From: a virus
Lineage: Duplodnaviria > Caudoviricetes
Reading direction: 5' to 3' (one strand)
DNA: 64,000 nt
IMG/VR virus record: IMGVR_UViG_3300025934_000014
Span: 32,001 to 96,000 of that record
Made by a program: the position numbers and the translations under genes. Each line of letters opens with the position of its first letter. The stretch's first letter is position 1. The notes beneath the pieces were generated by a model, which did no database searches, was not told the DNA's origin, and was given only the letters and a program-made list of their open reading frames with translations. Positions 58,157 through 64,000 of this stretch are shown here, in pieces.

Positions 58157-58492
58157 ATGGGTGTCAGGATTCTGCGGGACCAAGAGGCCGACGTGGCGGT
58201 GCTGTATTGCTCGACCTCCGACTGGGCCTTCGGGCCGGTGGTCGGTGAGAAGCACGAGCGCGAGGCCGACGAGCGGCTCCAGTCGTTTCTGGAGTGGCAC
58301 GCAGGCGACGTGCGGCTTCTGTCGGAGGCGGACCTGTCCGCCGCGTGGCAGGCGTGGCAGGCGCAGGAGCTTGACCAGTACGCGAAGGAGCGGCTGGCCG
58401 GGCTGGAGAAGGACGAGTACAACGGTGCCCTGCTGGACACCGAGGTTGAGGAACTGGCGGCGCTCCGGGCGCGGTTTCTCACGGTACCGTGA
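58157..58492 (+). CDS. Hypothetical protein
   Basis: GGAGACGACGATG start; LYCSTSDWAFGP. Confidence 0.7.
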   Translation: MGVRILRDQEADVAVLYCSTSDWAFGPVVGEKHEREADERLQSFLEWHAGDVRLLSEADLSAAWQAWQAQELDQYAKERLAGLEKDEYNGALLDTEVEELAALRARFLTVP

Positions 58493-58607
58493 ACGTCCTG
58501 CGCGACGTGCTGACGTTTCTGTTCGTGACCCTGCCCGGCTTGTGGCGGCGGTGGCAGTGGGACCGGCAGGGCGATCAGAAGCTCGCAGAGCGGCTCCGGA
58601 GGGACGC

Positions 58608-59093
58608 ATGACCTCGCCCCTCCCCACGGAAGCGGGATTGCTCCGCGTGGCGCTGGCGCTGGCGATGGGCACCTTCAAGGAGGCGTGCGACACCGCGACG
58701 GCGTTCCTCGTGGCCCGGCAGTCTCGCGAGGAGGCGCTGGATGGGTTCGAGGGCGTCGTGACCGCACGGGTCGCGGAGATTAACGCACTGGTCGAGCAGG
58801 CGGACGAGTCCGCCCGGCGCAGAGACGAGGACACGATGACGGTGTATGTCGGCACGCGGATGGACACGGACAACGAGGGCAAGGTCACAGTGCTCGCGGT
58901 GAGCACGGCGCGGCTGGTGGTGATCGAGGCCATCAAGGCCGACATCGACAAGGACATCTCCGACAACCCGGACGATGACGCGGTCGAGTCCCTCGCAATA
59001 CTGGACGAGCCATTCGACCCGGCGGTGGGCGACTGGTCGGCGCACGGTGGCCTCACGGTCTGGCAGATCGCTGAGTGCAAGGTGATTGAGTAG
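58608..59093 (+). CDS. Hypothetical acidic protein
   Basis: GGAGG RBS, ATG 58608. Confidence 0.55.
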   Translation: MTSPLPTEAGLLRVALALAMGTFKEACDTATAFLVARQSREEALDGFEGVVTARVAEINALVEQADESARRRDEDTMTVYVGTRMDTDNEGKVTVLAVSTARLVVIEAIKADIDKDISDNPDDDAVESLAILDEPFDPAVGDWSAHGGLTVWQIAECKVIE

Positions 59094-59102
59094 GAGACGA
59101 CG

Positions 59103-59564
59103 ATGAAGATGAACGACGTGAGTCTGGTCGAGGAGTGCTTTACGCACGTGGACCCAGATACCGGAGCGCAAACGACATGGGCCGCAGGGGCGCTCTACAC
59201 GTTCTGCGTGGCGAACCCGGACAAGGTATCCATTGGCACGGTGCCGGTGGACGAGGAGCACGCGCGGTTTTGCTTTACGCATCGCGGCGTCGAGGCGAAC
59301 CGGTTTGCGATCTTCGTGCAGCATCCCGAGTTCCTGAAGAAGCCGATCCTGTTCGTGCTGATGCCGGACGGCCAGCATCTCCTGATCGACGGGACGCATC
59401 GCTACGTCTGCCTGTTTGCGCTCAAGATCCCGGAGGCGCGAGCCTACGTGGTGCCCTACGAGGTCGCGAAGCCGTTCATCATCGAGGACATCCCGCAGAC
59501 CAGCGTCGAGGAGGTGATGGCTCCGTCGCACATCGCCACGCTGCGAGCACTGGGCCTGATGTGA
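59103..59564 (+). CDS. ParB/Srx-like protein
   Basis: PILFV..LLIDGTHR. Confidence 0.7.
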   Translation: MKMNDVSLVEECFTHVDPDTGAQTTWAAGALYTFCVANPDKVSIGTVPVDEEHARFCFTHRGVEANRFAIFVQHPEFLKKPILFVLMPDGQHLLIDGTHRYVCLFALKIPEARAYVVPYEVAKPFIIEDIPQTSVEEVMAPSHIATLRALGLM

Positions 59565-59815
59565 CGTTCCTCCTGCCCCCGCACGAGCGGATCCAGCGAG
59601 CGGTGGCGTTCTGGCAACGCATCGAGCAGAAGGCGCTCACCGGCGCACCGCTCGATCAGGTGGACGCCGACGAGATCGCGCTCTTACAGATCGGCGGCAT
59701 CGACGTGGAGTCGCAGACGATGCTGCTGGCGGATAATTCTGGACTGCTGGCCTTGCTATTAGGGGACGATAGTATTACCATTGATGTAGATTCAGGGAGC
59801 GCGACGAAGCACTAA
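59561..59815 (+). CDS. Hypothetical protein
   Basis: GTGA overlap. Confidence 0.45.
   Translation: MTFLLPPHERIQRAVAFWQRIEQKALTGAPLDQVDADEIALLQIGGIDVESQTMLLADNSGLLALLLGDDSITIDVDSGSATKH
59753..59781 (+). promoter_or_regulatory. Early promoter
   Basis: TTGCTA-17-TACCAT. Confidence 0.65.
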
Positions 59816-59843
59816 GCTCCTGACGACGGAGGCGACGACGACG

Positions 59844-60395
59844 ATGAAGCGCAAGAAGCAGAAGAAGATCGACTGGTCACAGGTGCCGTGGACGGAATTC
59901 GAGCCGTGCCAGATTCCGATGGATGGCTTGAACGCGTACGACAAGCCAGAGGCGATCTTCCGCAACTCCCGGTATCAGGTGACGGTGTATGTGCGCGAGC
60001 CGCGCGATGTCGAGCACTCGGTCTTCGGCGTCATTGCGCATCTGTCGTTCAAGGTGCATGACAAGCAGCCGCACCACGACTGGCGCGACATGCAGCGCAT
60101 CAAGAACGAAATCTGCGGCCCCGAGTTCGACGCGGTCGAAATCTTCCCGGCCGAATCGAAGTTGGTAGACAGCGCCAACCAGTACCACTTGTTCGTGTTC
60201 CAGACCTACAAGCTGCCCTTCGGCTTCCAGACGCGACTGGTCGGGGACGGCAACTGGCAGAGCAGCGTGCAGCGGCCATTTCCGCCCGGTGAGCGCCCGG
60301 CGGATTGTCTCTCAGCGGATCAATATCAGGCGGCGGTCGATGACGCGGTCGCACGCATGAAAGCCGGTCGGTCCACCGACCTTTCACAGGAGTAG
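59844..60395 (+). CDS. Conserved phage protein
   Basis: HLS..HDWRDMQRIKNE..G....AVEIFP.ES.LVD.AN.YHL. Confidence 0.75.
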   Translation: MKRKKQKKIDWSQVPWTEFEPCQIPMDGLNAYDKPEAIFRNSRYQVTVYVREPRDVEHSVFGVIAHLSFKVHDKQPHHDWRDMQRIKNEICGPEFDAVEIFPAESKLVDSANQYHLFVFQTYKLPFGFQTRLVGDGNWQSSVQRPFPPGERPADCLSADQYQAAVDDAVARMKAGRSTDLSQE

Positions 60396-60397
60396 TG

Positions 60398-60676
60398 ATG
60401 TTCAAGAGCAATGGTCTGATTCGGCGGCTGGCACTGGTCGGTGCGCAGCCACGCGTAGCGGAACTGACACGCGAGATTGACGAGCGCGTGGCCGAGCGTG
60501 CGGCGATTGTCGAGACGTTCCCGGAGTTGGCGATGTTTCCCAAGCCGGAGCGCAAGATCCGCAAGGTGCGGAAGGATCGCGGCAAGCGCCGCACGATGAC
60601 GCCGGAGCAGCGAGCGGCGGTGTCGAAGCGGATGAAGGCGCACTGGAACCGGAAGCGTCGGGAGGCCAGCCTGTGA
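60398..60676 (+). CDS. Basic putative DNA-binding protein
   Basis: KRRTMTPEQRAAVSKRMKAHW. Confidence 0.65.
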   Translation: MFKSNGLIRRLALVGAQPRVAELTREIDERVAERAAIVETFPELAMFPKPERKIRKVRKDRGKRRTMTPEQRAAVSKRMKAHWNRKRREASL

Positions 60677-61596
60677 GAGCCGGACGCAAGCGTTGGTACG
60701 ATGGCGTTTTGGACATTCCCGAGGCGGAGTCGGGGCCAGTCAGCATCGTGCATCGGATCGAACCCGCCGGGACCACGATACGGTCAGGCAACATGCGCAC
60801 GGCGATCTTCGGCCAGCGTGCGGAGGAGATTCACTACGAGGAGCCGACGCGCTGGCACACGCTCAGTGAGGAAGGCTTCGGCGTGTGGATGACCGACCTT
60901 CCCATCGAGCAGCGGCAGATGGACGAGTTGATTCAGAACAAAGCCTCCGGCCGTGTGCTGGTCGGGGGACTGGGCGTCGGCTACGCGGCGGTGGCGCTGG
61001 CGCACCGGCCACGCGTCAAGCAGATCGTGGTGGTCGAGCGGAGTCAGGACATTATCAATCTGGTCTGGGAGTCCACGCTGGCGAAGGTGCCGGACCCGTC
61101 GAAGCTCACCATCGTCAACGCCGACCTGTTCGACTACCTGAAGGCGCGTGAGTCGTTCTTCACGTGGGGGCTGTTCGACATCTGGCAGGGCGACGGTGAG
61201 ACGACGTTTCACACCACGGTCGTGCCGCTGCGCAAACTGGCCGATGGCATGGTCCGCACGGTCGAGTGCTGGAACGAAGACATCATGCGAGCGCAGTTGT
61301 TCCAAGGCATGGAGTCGCGCCTGTTGTGGCTCGACCATCCGCAGGCGAAGCAGATCGTCGGGTGCGACCTCGACGTGCTCGCCACGGACAACGAGTCCAT
61401 CTACATCCAGTGGGCTGTGCCCTTCTGGCGCTGGTATCGCGAGAACAAAGCGTGGCTCACCGGCGACGAGATCGCGCACACGATGCGGCGCTACGTCACG
61501 TGCTACGGTCGGCCGGAGTTGCAGGATGGCCTGACGTGGCTGAAGTCGATGGCTCCGACGAAGCGGAAGCGGACGAGCGCCGCGCTGGCAACCTAG
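60673..61596 (+). CDS. SAM-dependent methyltransferase (spermidine synthase-like fold)
   Basis: WMTD..E..GRVLVGGLGVG..VVE..I.NAD.F..FDIW. Confidence 0.75.
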   Translation: MRAGRKRWYDGVLDIPEAESGPVSIVHRIEPAGTTIRSGNMRTAIFGQRAEEIHYEEPTRWHTLSEEGFGVWMTDLPIEQRQMDELIQNKASGRVLVGGLGVGYAAVALAHRPRVKQIVVVERSQDIINLVWESTLAKVPDPSKLTIVNADLFDYLKARESFFTWGLFDIWQGDGETTFHTTVVPLRKLADGMVRTVECWNEDIMRAQLFQGMESRLLWLDHPQAKQIVGCDLDVLATDNESIYIQWAVPFWRWYRENKAWLTGDEIAHTMRRYVTCYGRPELQDGLTWLKSMAPTKRKRTSAALAT

Positions 61597-62808
61597 ATGA
61601 CCTTCCTGCCTCGCGACTACCAAGCGGACGCCATCGCCCGTAGCGTCCACTTCCTGACGCACGGCAAGCCCGACGCCGGGGGCGGACTCGTCGTCCTGCC
61701 CACCGGCGCGGGGAAGTCGATTGTCATTGCAGGAGTCGTGCAGGCGCTCGACGGGCCGTGCCTGATCTTTCAGCCGACGAAAGAGATCCTCGAACAGAAC
61801 GCCAACAAGCTCCTCGCGTACGGCTACGACCCGAAGGTCTACTCGGCGTCGATGGGCACGCGGGAGATCGGCAACATCACGCTCGCGACCATCGGCAGCG
61901 TGAAGGACAACCCCGGCCTGTTCGACCACGTGCCGTACGTCATCGTGGACGAAGCGCACCTCGTGAACGCGAAGGCCGGGATGTACCAGCAGTTCATCGA
62001 GGCAATGGGTGCGGTGCGCGTGCTGGGTCTGACGGCCACGCCGTTCCGGCTGCACACCGACGGCTATGGCGGCTCGCAGTTGAAATTCCTCACGCGCACG
62101 CGGCCTCGCGTGTTCGGAGAAGTGGTGGCGTACGCACAAGTCAACGATCTGGTCGAGGCCGGGTATCTGGTGAAGCCGGAGTATCAGATCGTCTCCGGCT
62201 TCAAGGCCACCGAACTGAAGCTGAACACCACGGGCGCGGACTACACCGACGAGTCGATCAAGCGATACTTCAATCGCATCGGGTTCAACGACCGCGTGCG
62301 GCGCGTGGTCGAGCGGCTCCTCGCGGTCGGCCGGAAGAACGCGCTGGTGTTCACGCGGTTCGTGGAGGATGCCGAGCGGCTGGCGCAGGCGGTGCCCGGT
62401 ACGGCGGTCGTCACCTCCGACACGAAGCCGAAGCTGCGAGCGGCGACCATCGCGGCGTTCCGCGCTGGCGAGATCAAGGTCGTGGCGAACGTCGGCGTGC
62501 TGGGCATCGGCTTCGACTACCCGGAACTGGAGACGGTGGTGCTGGCGCGGCCGACCATCTCACTGGCGCTCTACTACCAGCAAGTCGGACGACTCCTGCG
62601 ACCGCACCCGGCGAAGACCTCCGCGTGGGTGGTGGATATGGTCGATCAGGTCGGCCAGTTCGGGCGCATCGAGGATCTGTGGCTCCAGCCCTCCGGCACC
62701 TCGCGCTACGGGGCGCTCTGGGAGATGGTGTCGAAGTCCAACGGGGCGACCAAGGTGCTCACAAATAAATACTTCGGAGACGGCAAATTTAAGCGCCGAC
62801 GCCCTTGA
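61597..62808 (+). CDS. SF2 DEAH helicase (RadD/YejH-like)
   Basis: PRDYQ, PTGAGKS, DEAH, GLTATP, GFDYP, QQVGRLLR. Confidence 0.92.
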   Translation: MTFLPRDYQADAIARSVHFLTHGKPDAGGGLVVLPTGAGKSIVIAGVVQALDGPCLIFQPTKEILEQNANKLLAYGYDPKVYSASMGTREIGNITLATIGSVKDNPGLFDHVPYVIVDEAHLVNAKAGMYQQFIEAMGAVRVLGLTATPFRLHTDGYGGSQLKFLTRTRPRVFGEVVAYAQVNDLVEAGYLVKPEYQIVSGFKATELKLNTTGADYTDESIKRYFNRIGFNDRVRRVVERLLAVGRKNALVFTRFVEDAERLAQAVPGTAVVTSDTKPKLRAATIAAFRAGEIKVVANVGVLGIGFDYPELETVVLARPTISLALYYQQVGRLLRPHPAKTSAWVVDMVDQVGQFGRIEDLWLQPSGTSRYGALWEMVSKSNGATKVLTNKYFGDGKFKRRRP

Positions 62809-62833
62809 CACGCGGGAACAATGGGATTACCAT
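62805..62833 (+). promoter_or_regulatory. Early promoter
   Basis: TTGACA-17-TACCAT. Confidence 0.8.
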
Positions 62834-62975
62834 TAGGTTGTCAGTTGGCGGTGGGGTTCCTACCAGAGGCCAGTGACTCCAACGGAGAGGCGGCAGGGCG
62901 ACCGCCAGCACGGGTGCCGCAACGGTGCCCAGTTCGGCGGCGGTGACGACGGCAACTTTTTAGGAGACGACGACG

Positions 62976-63770
62976 ATGGCTTCGATGCGGTCCCTGCAAA
63001 ATCTCGACATCAATCTCGGGCTGTTCGGTTTCCCGGTCAAGGTCTACAAGGCCATCAACGACCCGGCCGAGGGCGTGAGCTTTCGACAGGTGCATGGCGC
63101 GTGCGGCACGCCGATCAATCTGGTGAAGCGGTGCCAGACGTGCAAGGTGGACGTACAGCAGGCCGACCTCGTGAAGGGCTACGAGGCCACGCCCGGCAAC
63201 TTCCTGACGTTCACCGAGGACGAGATCAAGGCGCTGCGCCCGGAACGTCTCGGCGTCGTGCAAGTCGATGGCTACGTCGGTGAGGACGCGGTCGGAGACA
63301 GCTACTACGACGGCTCCGTCTACTACCTGTCGCCCGGCGGCAAGGACCACACGACGTTCGTCACCTTCCGTGACGCACTGGGCGACCGGATGGCGGTCGG
63401 CAAGGTGGTCATGTATGGCCGCGAGCGCGTCGTGGTGATTCGCTCGACGGGTAAGCTCCTCGCGATGCACTTCCTGCGCAACCATGCGGACATCCGGAAC
63501 ATCGTGGACGTGCCGCAGTACGCCGCCGTGCCGGAGCAGGCGAACGCCCAGCATCTGGGTCTGATGACGCAACTGATGGACGCCCAGCGCGTCAACTTCG
63601 ATGACGTGGTACTGGAGTCGGACAGCTACGCCGACGCCGTGCGTGCCCTGATCCAGAGCCGCGTGGAGGGTTCCCCTGCGCCGGTACCAGCAGCGGTGGC
63701 CCCGCAGGCTGGGACGGTGGATCTGATGGCGATGCTTCAGGCTTCGCTGGCCGCGACCAAGGCGGCATAG
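62976..63770 (+). CDS. ku: Ku DNA end-binding protein
   Basis: GL..FPVKVYKA..F.QVH..C..PI..LVKGYE..YYL.P..GRE..VDLMAMLQASL. Confidence 0.92.
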   Translation: MASMRSLQNLDINLGLFGFPVKVYKAINDPAEGVSFRQVHGACGTPINLVKRCQTCKVDVQQADLVKGYEATPGNFLTFTEDEIKALRPERLGVVQVDGYVGEDAVGDSYYDGSVYYLSPGGKDHTTFVTFRDALGDRMAVGKVVMYGRERVVVIRSTGKLLAMHFLRNHADIRNIVDVPQYAAVPEQANAQHLGLMTQLMDAQRVNFDDVVLESDSYADAVRALIQSRVEGSPAPVPAAVAPQAGTVDLMAMLQASLAATKAA

Positions 63771-63777
63771 GAGACAC

Positions 63778-64000
63778 ATGCCCTCACTCACGATTCTGAT
63801 TCCGAAGCCGGGCACCGAGGCCGCACGGGTGATCGATGCCGGGTCCGGCATCGTCGCCCAGCACGCGGACGGCGACGAGGTCGAGGTCTATTACGAAGGC
63901 AACCGGCTGGGCGCGTCGAACCTGCGCAAGTTCGGAGATCGCGTGCTCTCGGCGGCGGGTCGGCTCGTGCAGAGTTACCCGACCATCGCACGCGGCACCT
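63778..64000 (+). CDS. Hypothetical protein (partial)
   Basis: GGAG RBS, ATG 63778, open to window end. Confidence 0.5.
   Translation, partial: MPSLTILIPKPGTEAARVIDAGSGIVAQHADGDEVEVYYEGNRLGASNLRKFGDRVLSAAGRLVQSYPTIARGT

Noticed and set aside
1-64000. Terminase, portal, integrase, lysis genes, tRNAs; host assignment
   Set aside because: No recognisable motifs in this window; host cannot be determined from the sequence alone.

Overview
High-GC (~65%) segment of a tailed (siphovirus-like, Mu-type head) bacteriophage or prophage, almost entirely + strand. 96-19646: a ~19 kb operon of translationally coupled polyvalent proteins ending in a MuF-like head-morphogenesis domain. It carries about 20 recognisable enzyme domains (5-6 ADP-ribosyltransferases, 3 GNAT, 3 ParB/Srx, zincins, a REase, an HD domain, a papain-like domain, a pterin dehydratase) separated by four families of short repeated peptide tags. 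19937-45020: Mu-I-like protease/scaffold, capsid cement, major capsid, neck, tail tube, frameshifted tail chaperone, tape measure and FN3/Gly-rich tail-tip proteins, with a small minus-strand insert. 46225-64000: early/accessory genes (AAA ATPase, HNH, SSB, ATP-dependent ligase, Ku, helicase, methyltransferase) sharing a promoter motif and a start-associated motif. Top finding: a solo Cas7/RAMP-like gene (46783-47397) flanked on both sides by long non-coding arrays of GGY-NN pentamers (constant GGY, variable NN), the first with its own promoter. This is a candidate RNA-guided system that is not a CRISPR array. Second finding: the tagged effector polyproteins, which may be capsid-packaged and protease-processed. 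No terminase, portal, integrase, lysis genes, tRNA or CRISPR array were seen. All domain calls are motif recognition by eye, not database searches; domain coordinates are approximate.
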